DNA from: Anaerolineales bacterium
GTDB lineage: Bacteria > Chloroflexota > Anaerolineae > Anaerolineales > UBA11579
Length of the DNA stretch: 64,000 bases
Direction of reading: 5' to 3'
NCBI GenBank assembly: GCA_050115475.1
Contig: JASFQL010000012.1
Location: 255-64,254 of the forward strand
Shown: one piece after another, positions 10,491 through 18,885 of the stretch
How positions within the stretch are numbered: position 1 is the stretch's first letter
Layout of the letters: the number at the start of each line of letters is the position of its first letter
Made by a program: the position numbers and the translations under genes
Notes under the pieces: model-generated
The model's input: the letters and a program-made list of their open reading frames with translations, nothing else
Told to the model about the DNA's origin: nothing
The model's database searches: none

Positions 10491-11153
10491 ATGAACCAAA
10501 AACCAACCATCGCCATTCTTGGTGGGACAGGCAGCGAAGGCACCGGTCTCGCCATGCGTTGGACTCACGCGGGATACAAGATTATTATCGGTTCACGCCA
10601 GACCGAGAAAGCAGAAACCATCGCTGCTGAATTGAACGAGGAGATGGGCACGGATTCGATCACCGGATTACAAAATGATGCCGCTGCCCGGGCAGCTGAC
10701 ATCTGTGTGCTGACTGTCAAGCATACTGCCCATAAATCCGCCTTGGAGAGTTTGAAAGATTCCCTGCAGGGGAAAATACTCGTGGATGCCACCGTGCGGA
10801 TCGATTTCCGAGACCCCATCCCCCCTTCCCCTCCCTCTGCTGCCCGTATCGCCCAGGACATCCTTGGCAGCGGGGTCATGGTAGTGGCTGCCTTTCAAAA
10901 CGTCCCTGCCAGCGCGCTGAAAAAAGATTTAAGCAAGCCTGTCGATGCGGATGTGCTGGTCTTTGCCGATGACGTAGTTGCCTCCACCCAAGTGGCCGCC
11001 CTCACAGAAGACGCCGGGATGCGCCCGTTTTATGCAGGTGGATTGGATAACGCCGTCGTCGCTGAAGGCATCACCGCCGTCCTCATCAGCATGAACAAAC
11101 ATTACCGGGGCCACGGAACCATCCAAATTACGGGAATTACTAAAGACAAGTAA
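10491..11153 (+). CDS. npdG: NADPH-dependent F420 reductase (Fno/NpdG)
   Basis: 220-aa ORF with the Rossmann motif IAILGGTGSEGTGLAMRW and GYKIIIGSR, typical of NpdG. GGAGG lies 8 nt upstream of the ATG. Confidence 0.85.
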   Translation: MNQKPTIAILGGTGSEGTGLAMRWTHAGYKIIIGSRQTEKAETIAAELNEEMGTDSITGLQNDAAARAADICVLTVKHTAHKSALESLKDSLQGKILVDATVRIDFRDPIPPSPPSAARIAQDILGSGVMVVAAFQNVPASALKKDLSKPVDADVLVFADDVVASTQVAALTEDAGMRPFYAGGLDNAVVAEGITAVLISMNKHYRGHGTIQITGITKDK

Positions 11154-11163
11154 CGGGTTGTTT

Positions 11164-11919
11164 ATGCCCCTGACGATAACCCCGCTTGAGGGTATCCCCC
11201 TCATCCAAAAAGGAGATGACTTATCCGAAATAATATTGCATTCCTTAATTAATATGCAAATTATTTTACACGATAGTGACCTCCTCGTTTTTACCCAGAA
11301 GATCGTGTCCAAATCCGAAGGTCGCCAGGTATATTTGCCTGATGTAACCCCTTCACCCGAAGCCCAAGAGCTGGCTGCAGAGACGGAAAAAGACCCTCAC
11401 CTCGTGGAGATGATCCTGCGAGAAAGCAAACAAGTGTTGCGCAAACGCCCGGGATTAATCATCGTTGAACACAAACTCGGTTTTATCTGCGCCAACGCCG
11501 GCATCGATCATTCCAACGTAAATGGATCGGATGATTGGGTCCTCCTCCTCCCAGAAAACCCTGATGCTTCCGCCGCGTCCTTGCGACGTTCACTTGAACA
11601 GGAAACCGGTGTTCGATTGGGAGTATTGATCATCGATTCTCACGGACGAGCCTGGCGCAACGGCACCGTGGGGATCACCATCGGTCTGTCCGGCCTGCCG
11701 GGTCTGGTCGACCGGCGCGGTGAGATCGACCTGTTAGGTTATGAAATGAAGGTCACCCAGGTGGGTGCTTCCGACGAAGTAGCTGCCGCCGCATCCCTGG
11801 TGATGGGGCAGGTCGCAGAAGCTTCTCCGGTCGTTCATGTGCGCGGTTTCCCCTATCCTCTTCGAGAGGCTTCTTTGACCGAGCTCCTTCGCCCAGAAGA
11901 GCAGGATTTGTTCAGATGA
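11164..11919 (+). CDS. cofE: Coenzyme F420-0:L-glutamate ligase (CofE / FbiB N-terminal module)
   Basis: About 250-aa ORF (the track starts at TTG 11158; ATG 11164 is preferred). The motifs QKIVSKSEGR, ANAGIDHSN and IIDSHGRAWRNGTVG are CofE hallmarks. Confidence 0.85.
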   Translation: MPLTITPLEGIPLIQKGDDLSEIILHSLINMQIILHDSDLLVFTQKIVSKSEGRQVYLPDVTPSPEAQELAAETEKDPHLVEMILRESKQVLRKRPGLIIVEHKLGFICANAGIDHSNVNGSDDWVLLLPENPDASAASLRRSLEQETGVRLGVLIIDSHGRAWRNGTVGITIGLSGLPGLVDRRGEIDLLGYEMKVTQVGASDEVAAAASLVMGQVAEASPVVHVRGFPYPLREASLTELLRPEEQDLFR

Positions 11920-11927
11920 GGTCTTGA

Positions 11928-12470
11928 ATGTACGGGATTGTCACGCTTTTAGACGATAAACACACAGCCAGGGTTGAAGCACTGTGGGAGGAACTCCAAA
12001 AATCCTGCGGCTTGACCTGCATCCAGATGGCGCCCCTCCCCCACTTCTCCTGGCACATCGCCGAGGAATATGATTTCGACAGACTCGAAGATAAACTCGC
12101 ACACATCGCAAAGAAGACGAAACCATTCACCATTCATACAGCAGGAATGGGCCTGTTCACCGGAGAAAAACCGGTCGTTTACATCCAAATCGTGAAAGAC
12201 CGCCGCCTACTTGATCTGCACCAACACATCTGGGAAGAGATTCAGCCCATAAGTTCAGGGATCAATCTTTTATACGCGCCAGACCAATGGATGCCCCATA
12301 TCACCTTAGCGAACCAGGATGTGAACGATGATATTCTCCCATGTATTTTCTCGACATTGGTCTGGCGCGCCTTTACCTGGGAGATTGAAGTAAACTGCTT
12401 TGCCCTTGGTTTTCAAAACGAAGACACACCTGGCGAGATCACCAAAACCTTCCCATTGAATCCCTCATAG
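11928..12470 (+). CDS. 2H phosphoesterase superfamily protein (LigT / 2'-5' RNA ligase-like)
   Basis: 180-aa ORF carrying the two H-x-(S/T)-x motifs of the 2H fold, PHFSWH and PHITLA, at the expected ~90-aa spacing. Confidence 0.7.
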   Translation: MYGIVTLLDDKHTARVEALWEELQKSCGLTCIQMAPLPHFSWHIAEEYDFDRLEDKLAHIAKKTKPFTIHTAGMGLFTGEKPVVYIQIVKDRRLLDLHQHIWEEIQPISSGINLLYAPDQWMPHITLANQDVNDDILPCIFSTLVWRAFTWEIEVNCFALGFQNEDTPGEITKTFPLNPS

Positions 12471-12556
12471 GTGTTTTATTCGAATTGAAATAATCATAGT
12501 TCCAAGAATGGGGAGTTGATGAGAATCATTTACAATATAAATCACACGGAGGTGCC

Positions 12557-13168
12557 ATGGATAAAGAACCGACCTTCTGGGATGTTGTCAAAACCCGCCG
12601 GTCCATCCGCACATTCGAAGACCGGCCTGTGCCCCCTGAACTCATAAAAAAATTACTCGAAACTGCCGTCCTGGCCCCCAGCGCCCATAATGCCCAACAC
12701 TGGCGTTTTGTAGTAGTGACCAAAAATGAAGACAAGCGCCGCCTCGCTGAACGAATGGGGATCGATTACAGGGAATCCCTCCTCGCCCAGGGGATGCCAC
12801 CCGAAGAAGTCCAGAACCGGTCAGAAACACGAATAGTACGCATCAGCAGTGCGCCTGCAATCATTTTACTCTGCCTGGATACAAAGGACGTACATAATTT
12901 CAACGACGCCAACCGGTCCGACGGCGATTACCTCATGGGGGCCCAGAGTGTCGCCCTGGCAGGGGGGCACCTCCTCCTGGCAGCCCACGCCGAGGCTTTA
13001 GGGGCTGTGTGGGTGTGTGCACCGCTCTTCGCCCCGGAACGCGTCAGGGAAGCACTCGACCTGCCCTCAAACTGGATCCCTCAGGGGATGATCTCCCTCG
13101 GCTACCCGGCGGAACAACCCAGAAGTAAGACTATGAAAACACTAGAAGAGGTCGTGAAATTCATATGA
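12557..13168 (+). CDS. Nitroreductase-family protein resembling the FbiB C-terminal (dehydro-F420-0 reductase) module
   Basis: 203-aa ORF with the RRSIRTF, APSAHNAQHWRF and GAVWV motifs of the FMN nitroreductase fold. Located between cofE and cofD. GGAGG lies upstream of the ATG. Confidence 0.75.
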   Translation: MDKEPTFWDVVKTRRSIRTFEDRPVPPELIKKLLETAVLAPSAHNAQHWRFVVVTKNEDKRRLAERMGIDYRESLLAQGMPPEEVQNRSETRIVRISSAPAIILLCLDTKDVHNFNDANRSDGDYLMGAQSVALAGGHLLLAAHAEALGAVWVCAPLFAPERVREALDLPSNWIPQGMISLGYPAEQPRSKTMKTLEEVVKFI

Positions 13169-13214
13169 AAGCTTTTTCCCTGATAACTAATTCCCGTTAC
13201 CCGATCCCCAGCCC

Positions 13215-14132
13215 ATGAAAGTTGTTGCCCTCGCCGGGGGTGTTGGCGGCGCCAAACTCGCCGATGGCCTCGCCCATAATCTCCCCCCCCAAGACCTCAC
13301 CATTATCGTCAACACCGGGGATGATTTCGAGCACCTCGGTTTATCGATCAGCCCGGACCTGGATACGGTCTGCTACACCCTGGCAGGAATCGCCAACCCG
13401 GAGACCGGCTGGGGGCGAGTCGATGAGACCTGGCAAGTCATGGACAACCTCGAGGTACTCGGCGGCCCTGCATGGTTCCGCCTGGGAGATAAAGACCTCG
13501 CCACCCATTTGGAACGTACCCGCCGCCTAAAGTCCGGTGAGCCTTTGAGTGAAATCACCGCATACTTTTGCAAAGCATGGGGAGTGGGGCCAGTAGTGCT
13601 GCCGATGAGTGACCAACCGGTACGGACCATCGTCATCACCGGTCAGGGTGAACTACCCTTTCAGGAGTACTTCGTCGCCCAGCGATGCGAACCCAAAGTG
13701 ATGGGTTTTCGATTTGATGGCATCCAATCCGCTGTCCCCGCCTCTGGCGTTCTGGAAGCCATTCAAGAATCCGATGCCGTGATCCTTTGCCCCTCCAATC
13801 CCTGGGTGAGTATTGATCCCATTCTCAATGTTCCGGGCATCTCGCCTGCTTTACGTGAAAAGCATGTTTTAGGTGTCTCCCCCATCATCGGGGGAAAAGC
13901 CCTGAAAGGCCCGGCAGCGAAGATGTATAATGAATTAGGCATCACCCCTTCTGCTCAAGCTGTCGCCGATCATTACGGGGATCTATTGGATGGCTTTGTG
14001 ATAGATATAATTGATAAAGAACTAACAAAACTTTTAAGTTTGAAGACCCTGGTTGCTGATACAATAATGAGGAGGCAAGAAGATAGAATCAGATTAGGCG
14101 AAGAGGTATTGTCCTTTACAAGAGAACTGTGA
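13215..14132 (+). CDS. cofD: 2-phospho-L-lactate (or EPPG:FO) transferase CofD/FbiA
   Basis: 305-aa ORF with N-terminal VVALAGGVGGAKLADGL, NTGDDFEH and LCPSNPWVSI motifs diagnostic of CofD. Confidence 0.9.
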   Translation: MKVVALAGGVGGAKLADGLAHNLPPQDLTIIVNTGDDFEHLGLSISPDLDTVCYTLAGIANPETGWGRVDETWQVMDNLEVLGGPAWFRLGDKDLATHLERTRRLKSGEPLSEITAYFCKAWGVGPVVLPMSDQPVRTIVITGQGELPFQEYFVAQRCEPKVMGFRFDGIQSAVPASGVLEAIQESDAVILCPSNPWVSIDPILNVPGISPALREKHVLGVSPIIGGKALKGPAAKMYNELGITPSAQAVADHYGDLLDGFVIDIIDKELTKLLSLKTLVADTIMRRQEDRIRLGEEVLSFTREL

Positions 14133-14231
14133 TTATTCAGGGCTCGACTAATTTCCAATTACCAGAGCATCCTGATATTTCCAAGGAGATCGAAACTGGT
14201 AAGAAAACAATTGAGAAAGGATAAACCCTAA

Positions 14232-14915
14232 ATGGCATTATGGGCTGTTGTCCCTGTCAAACCGCTACGCCGGGGGAAGTCCAGACTGGCTGGTGTGCTT
14301 TCAAACGAAGAACGGACCTCACTTAATCGCAAGCTATTGGCGCATACAATTGATACCCTGGTCGAACTCCCCGATCTGGAACACGTCTTGGTAGTCAGCC
14401 GCGACCCAGAAGCTTTAGCCCTGGCGCGCGATCGCGGCGCTCGCACGGTTTTAGAAGACGGTGCGCCGCACCTGAATATCGCCTTGACCAGAGCGACCGT
14501 CATTGCTACGACATATGCCGCCCAGGGAATATTGATCCTTCCCGCCGACCTCCCCCAAATAAGTGCAGAAGATATCCATACCATGATTACAGCCGGGCAG
14601 GATCCTCCTGTTGTGGTCATCGCGCCCGATTACCGTCGTGAAGGCACCAATGCCTTGTTGGTCAATCCTGCCGGACTGATTCAATATGACTTTGGCCCAA
14701 ACTCATTCGAACGTCATGTCGCCCAGGCCGAAGCTAAAGGCGCCGAGGTGAAAGTACTCGACCTCCCCTCACTCGCCCACGATGTGGATTTACCGGAAGA
14801 CCTTACTTTCCTCAATGGACAATTGAACCTTTGGACTTCGGGAGAAGAAGATAAGGACGAGGGATACCGGGGGTATTACCGGGAATTGGCAGCCGAGGAC
14901 GAGGAGCAGGGTTAA
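14232..14915 (+). CDS. cofC: Phosphoenolpyruvate/2-phospho-L-lactate guanylyltransferase CofC/FbiD, with acidic C-terminal tail
   Basis: 227-aa ORF. The WAVVPVKPLRRGKSRLAGVL opening and GTNALL motif are typical of CofC. The last ~30 aa are Glu/Asp-rich (SGEEDKDEGY...AAEDEEQG). Confidence 0.85.
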   Translation: MALWAVVPVKPLRRGKSRLAGVLSNEERTSLNRKLLAHTIDTLVELPDLEHVLVVSRDPEALALARDRGARTVLEDGAPHLNIALTRATVIATTYAAQGILILPADLPQISAEDIHTMITAGQDPPVVVIAPDYRREGTNALLVNPAGLIQYDFGPNSFERHVAQAEAKGAEVKVLDLPSLAHDVDLPEDLTFLNGQLNLWTSGEEDKDEGYRGYYRELAAEDEEQG

Positions 14916-14950
14916 GCAATCTATAACACACCAAAACGTATCTTTTAAAC

Positions 14951-14990
14951 CGCAGTGATAGGATCGATGATCCACCTCTGCGATTTTTTT
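14951..14990 (+). terminator. Probable intrinsic terminator of the F420 cluster
   Basis: CGCAG (14951-14955) pairs with CTGCG (14978-14982) around an inner GGATC-GAT-GATCC hairpin. A T7 run follows at 14984-14990, 36 nt after the cofC stop. Confidence 0.45.
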
Positions 14991-15058
14991 ATGGGGCACC
15001 ATATAACTATTTATGCCGTCTCTAACCCCTATAAATCACACAAAACACGCTGAAATAG

Positions 15059-15093
15059 GACATCTGTCCCCCCTTTCACGGGACAAATGTCCT
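15059..15093. promoter_or_regulatory. Twin 12-bp palindromes GGACA-N2-TGTCC (candidate operator pair, or one 14-bp hairpin)
   Basis: GGACATCTGTCC at 15059-15070 and GGACAAATGTCC at 15082-15093. Centres are 23 bp apart, 80-115 bp upstream of the DtxR-family gene. Confidence 0.35.
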
Positions 15094-15121
15094 TAACATA
15101 AAATTGAAGTTAGTGTATTCT

Positions 15122-15140
15122 TTAGGTAGACCATAACTTT
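15122..15140. promoter_or_regulatory. Weak DtxR/IdeR-box-like sequence
   Basis: TTAGGTAGACCATAACTTT matches 11 of 19 positions of the TTAGGTTAGCCTAACCTAA consensus as I remember it, including a perfect TTAGGT half-site. It lies 34 nt upstream of the regulator start. Confidence 0.25.
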
Positions 15141-15173
15141 TTTCTGGTAATATTTTGGAGCAACTAAATTATT

Positions 15174-15851
15174 ATGTTTAGCGAAAGTGTTGAAATGTAC
15201 TTGGTCACCATCGCCGTGCTGGGTGAGAAGGGTCTTAGTGGTCCCATCCCTCTCTCACGGTTGGCAGAAGAACTCTCTGTTCAATCCGTTTCAGTCAACC
15301 AGATGATCCGCAAGATGGACGAGGAGGGTTTGGTTTCCTATCTTCCTTATAAAGGTGTTGAACTCACCGATGAAGGCAGAGAAAAAGCCAACCGCATCTT
15401 GCGTTACCGCCGTTTGTGGGAGGTATTTTTCGTAGACCAGCTTGGGTTGCCCCCCGGAGAAGCTGAGGAACTGGCTTGCCGGATAGAACATGACACGACA
15501 GTGAAAGTATCAGATAGACTGGCTGGTTTCCTTGAGAATCCAGTTGTCTCGCCTACAGGGAGATTGATTCCCTCAACTGATAGTTCCATCCTCCCCCCAG
15601 ATAGTTTGCGTTTGAGCGACTTGCGCGTTGGACAGCAGGGGGAAGTTATCGCACTGAAGGCAGATGATGCTACAACAAAATCCCTACAGAATAAAGGACT
15701 TGAACCAGGTGTGATTCTGGTCGTTGAAGCTTCCAGCAGTAAAGGGGGAGTACTCGTTCGCATCCAGAATCAACGAGTTTCTATCATCAAAGAGATTGCA
15801 GAAAAAATCAAAGTAACAGTATCGGAGACCAAAAAAATCTATGCCGCCTGA
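15174..15851 (+). CDS. DtxR/IdeR-family metal-dependent transcriptional regulator with C-terminal FeoA/SH3-like domain
   Basis: 225-aa ORF with N-terminal winged HTH (SVEMYLVTIAVL...LAEELSVQSVSVNQMIRKMDEEGLV), a metal-site region (RYRRLWEVFF...CRIEH) and a C-terminal LRVGQQGEVIAL FeoA-like barrel. Confidence 0.85.
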   Translation: MFSESVEMYLVTIAVLGEKGLSGPIPLSRLAEELSVQSVSVNQMIRKMDEEGLVSYLPYKGVELTDEGREKANRILRYRRLWEVFFVDQLGLPPGEAEELACRIEHDTTVKVSDRLAGFLENPVVSPTGRLIPSTDSSILPPDSLRLSDLRVGQQGEVIALKADDATTKSLQNKGLEPGVILVVEASSSKGGVLVRIQNQRVSIIKEIAEKIKVTVSETKKIYAA

Positions 15852-16083
15852 CAAAACATTCCCCCTCTCACGCGCCCCCGTTGGTCAGAAAGTCCGATTG
15901 GTTCATATCCATGGTGGTCGCCAACTCACACATCGCTTGGTTGAAATGGGGCTTACCCCAGGAGTAATCATTCGCGTTTTGCAGAACTCAGGCGGCCCCC
16001 TGCTTGTGGCCGAATCCGATTCTCGAATCGCTGTAGGAAGGGGCATGGCAGAAAAAATCGACGTTTCACAAGAGGTATCATGA
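15841..16083 (+). CDS. feoA: Ferrous iron transport protein A
   Basis: 80-aa [18 protein letters not shown]...[15 protein letters not shown] is the FeoA SH3-like signature. It overlaps the regulator by 11 nt and feoB by ATGA. Confidence 0.85.
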   Translation: MPPDKTFPLSRAPVGQKVRLVHIHGGRQLTHRLVEMGLTPGVIIRVLQNSGGPLLVAESDSRIAVGRGMAEKIDVSQEVS

Positions 16084-16637
16084 ACGAAACCCCCATCCGC
16101 GTTGCCCTTGCAGGCAATCCAAATGCCGGAAAAACCACTGTGTTCAATGCCCTAACCGGCGAAAACCAACACGTGGGTAATTGGCCTGGAAAAACAGTCA
16201 AAAGGATCGTCGGCCATTTCATTCATAAGGGACGAACGATTGAAGTCATCGATCTGCCTGGAACCTACAGTCTATCTTCTTATTCCCCAGAAGAAGAGAT
16301 TGCGCGAGATTTTATCGTCCAGGAGAAACCCGACGTTGTTGTTAACGTCGTGGACGCCTCGAACCTCGAACGAAACCTTTACCTCACCATCCAGGTGATC
16401 GAAACGGGTGCGCCTCTCATTATTGTATTGAACATGGGAGATGTTGCGGAACGCCGTGGCGTCCATATTGACTCTGAGAAGCTCTCAAAAAAACTCGAAG
16501 GTTTCCCCGTGGTAAAGACAATTGCGGTGAAAAAGATTGGGATGGATGATCTAAAAGATACTATTTTGGCTTTTAACCGCCAGAATAATAATGAAAAGGA
16601 CACACCTCAACTAGCCGGTGAAATGGTGAAAACCTGA
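16080..16637 (+). CDS. feoB: FeoB N-terminal GTPase (G) domain as a stand-alone ORF
   Basis: 185-aa ORF with G1 [10 protein letters not shown]3 DLPG and G4 NMGD. It ends with TGA at 16635-16637 at the boundary where full-length FeoB continues into the helical domain. Confidence 0.85.
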   Translation: MNETPIRVALAGNPNAGKTTVFNALTGENQHVGNWPGKTVKRIVGHFIHKGRTIEVIDLPGTYSLSSYSPEEEIARDFIVQEKPDVVVNVVDASNLERNLYLTIQVIETGAPLIIVLNMGDVAERRGVHIDSEKLSKKLEGFPVVKTIAVKKIGMDDLKDTILAFNRQNNNEKDTPQLAGEMVKT

Positions 16638-16638
16638 C

Positions 16639-18300
16639 ATGATGATGTACCACGCTGACATTGAAAAAGAGATTCAATTTTTATCAAAAGAAATTGAATC
16701 CGACCACGAATTAGCCGGGTGTTTTCCACCGCGCTGGTTGGCGATCCAATTATTGGAGGGAGACACCCATATCGTTTCGGATCAGAAGAATCCCCTTCCT
16801 GCAAAAGTTCAATCCGCTTTAGCGGAAAGTATTTCCCGCCTGCAAAATATCTACAGTGATGACCTTGAGATTGTGATCGCCGATAACCGCTATCAATACG
16901 TACGTGCCCTGATGGGGGATATCCTGACGAGAGACGAAAAAAAAGAACTCACCAGATCCGATCGTATCGATCAAATTGTGACCAGTCAATACCTTGGCAT
17001 TCCCATTTTCCTCTCGATTATGTACGTCATCTTTAATATCGTCCAGAATGTGTCTGCACCCTTCCTGGATTGGATCGACTATCTATTCTCTGGCCCACTG
17101 ACCAACTGGGCGACAGCTCTTCTCACCGCACTGAACGCCCCCGATTGGCTGCTCTCACTCACCATCGATGGAATGCTGGCTGGTGTGGGTGGAGTACTCG
17201 TCTTCTTCCCAGGCCTCTACGCCATGTATTTCTGTCTCGCCATCCTCGAACAATCCGGCTATCTCGCCCGTGCGGCATTCGTGATGGATCGTTTTATGAG
17301 TAAGATCGGGCTGCATGGTAAATCATTCATCCCCATGATTCTGGGGTTTGGCTGCAATGTCCCTGCTATTTACGCCACGCGCACGATCGAAAAACGGGAA
17401 GCCCGCCTGCTGACCGCCCTGCTGATCCCATTTATGTCCTGTGCTGCCAGGCTGCCCGTATATATCGTCTTTGGGCTGGCCTTCTTCCCCGACAACGCCA
17501 ATCTCGTTATCCTTGGCTTATACATCACCGGCATCGTCATAGCTGCAGTCGTAGGATTGATCCTTTCTCGCACGCTTTTCAAAGGCCATACCCTGAGTAT
17601 TCTCGTGATGGAACTCCCCGCTTATGGTCTTCCCTCTTTGAAATGTGTCCTTATGGCAGCCCGTGACCAATCCAAGGAATTCCTCTATAAAGCCGGGACC
17701 TTGATCGTGGGTTTTTCACTCATCCTATGGTTCCTCTTGAACATGCCCTGGGGGGTCACCGATCCCCAGCAAAGCCTCTATGGAAAGGTTAGCGCTGAAA
17801 TTGCCCCCATCTTAGAACCAGCCGGTTTTGGGAAATGGGAGGCAAGCGGCGCGCTCGTGACCGGTATGGTAGCAAAAGAGATCGTGGTTTCCACGCTGGC
17901 GCAGGTCTACCATCTTCCACAAGAAGTTGAAACCACAGAAGACTCTTCCTTTTTGGGAGATGTCCAGAACCTCCTCTGGGGATTGGGAGAGGCAACCATT
18001 CAAGCCGGGAAAGAACTATTGGATGTGTTCACCCCAGGGATATCGCTGTTCCCCAACGAAGAAGCTGAAGGAGAAAACGTCGCCTTGAGCCGGGCACTTC
18101 AAGCATCCTTCACACCTCTCTCGGCTATCTCTTTTCTGCTTTTTGTATTGTTATATGTTCCTTGTGTAGCAACCATCGGCGCCCAAAAACAGGAGTTCGG
18201 TTGGAGATGGGCAGCCGTTTCGGTTGCCATTACCTTGATCGTTCCCTGGATGATATCGGTGACCGTTTACCAGGTCGGGACATTGCTCGGGTTAGGATAA
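16639..18300 (+). CDS. feoB: FeoB helical plus membrane (gate) domains as a separate ORF
   Basis: 553-aa ORF starting 1 nt after the G-domain stop, in a different frame. RWLAIQLLEGD (helical domain) is followed by polytopic gate-motif regions (GLHGKSFIPMILGFGCNVPA, LIPFMSCAARLPVY). Confidence 0.85.
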   Translation: MMMYHADIEKEIQFLSKEIESDHELAGCFPPRWLAIQLLEGDTHIVSDQKNPLPAKVQSALAESISRLQNIYSDDLEIVIADNRYQYVRALMGDILTRDEKKELTRSDRIDQIVTSQYLGIPIFLSIMYVIFNIVQNVSAPFLDWIDYLFSGPLTNWATALLTALNAPDWLLSLTIDGMLAGVGGVLVFFPGLYAMYFCLAILEQSGYLARAAFVMDRFMSKIGLHGKSFIPMILGFGCNVPAIYATRTIEKREARLLTALLIPFMSCAARLPVYIVFGLAFFPDNANLVILGLYITGIVIAAVVGLILSRTLFKGHTLSILVMELPAYGLPSLKCVLMAARDQSKEFLYKAGTLIVGFSLILWFLLNMPWGVTDPQQSLYGKVSAEIAPILEPAGFGKWEASGALVTGMVAKEIVVSTLAQVYHLPQEVETTEDSSFLGDVQNLLWGLGEATIQAGKELLDVFTPGISLFPNEEAEGENVALSRALQASFTPLSAISFLLFVLLYVPCVATIGAQKQEFGWRWAAVSVAITLIVPWMISVTVYQVGTLLGLG

Positions 18301-18305
18301 GTGTA

Positions 18306-18587
18306 ATGTTGGGTCGCTTATTGACGTTGATAAAGAACAACCAGGGAATCATCTCGCAAGATGATCTCTGTGCGGCATTGGACGTTACCCCTGATATGCT
18401 TGAAGGATTGATATCTTCTCTCGTCCATATGGGCCGCCTCGTAGAAGTGCCTGATAATAAACCTGTAAGTTGCACTACCTGCGAGGGCTGTTCCCTCAAT
18501 CAACAATGCGGTTTATTGAGTTTATTCCAAGAAAAGCGTTATCAAGTAGTAGACAGAATTATTACTTCGAAAGTACAAACAATATAA
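18306..18587 (+). CDS. FeoC-like small winged-helix protein with Cys cluster
   Basis: The track ORF 18162-18587 overlaps feoB, so I trimmed it to the in-frame ATG 18306 (93 aa), 5 nt after the feoB stop. ISQDDLCAALDVTPDMLEGLISSLVHMGRL plus CTTCEGCSLNQQC resemble FeoC. Confidence 0.55.
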   Translation: MLGRLLTLIKNNQGIISQDDLCAALDVTPDMLEGLISSLVHMGRLVEVPDNKPVSCTTCEGCSLNQQCGLLSLFQEKRYQVVDRIITSKVQTI

Positions 18588-18596
18588 AAACCTGAT

Positions 18597-18857
18597 ATGG
18601 AAGACCTGACCGCACTCCCCAATATCGGCAAGGTCTTGGCTCAGAAGTTGAATGAGATCGAAGTGACCAGTTATGAGGATCTCGTCGATATAGGGAGTGT
18701 GGAAGCTGTCCTCCGCATCGTTGGAACCGATACTTTCGGTTATTACAATATGCTCTATGCCCTAGAGGGGGCTATCCTCGGTATCCGCTGGCACGATATC
18801 CCTCCAGAAGTTCGCCAAAAACTGAAACAAGAATATGACTCCGCCAGAGGTAAATAA
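18597..18857 (+). CDS. TfoX C-terminal (helix-hairpin-helix) domain protein
   Basis: 86-aa ORF. LTALPNIGKVLAQKLNEIEVTSYEDLVDIGSVEAV matches my memory of the TfoX_C domain. No TfoX N-terminal domain is present. Confidence 0.6.
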   Translation: MEDLTALPNIGKVLAQKLNEIEVTSYEDLVDIGSVEAVLRIVGTDTFGYYNMLYALEGAILGIRWHDIPPEVRQKLKQEYDSARGK

Positions 18858-18885
18858 TCACCCTTCTGCGTATTTGAACTTTAAC

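Noticed and set aside
16620-16645. Calling feoB a pseudogene
   Set aside because: Both parts are full-length and motif-intact. The break falls exactly at a domain boundary with a start codon 1 nt after the stop. I therefore annotated two CDSs but flagged the frameshift or sequencing-error alternative in the findings.
18162-18305. N-terminal extension of the FeoC-like ORF
   Set aside because: It lies inside the feoB membrane-domain gene in another frame. The internal ATG 18306 sits just after the feoB stop and begins the winged-helix-like sequence.
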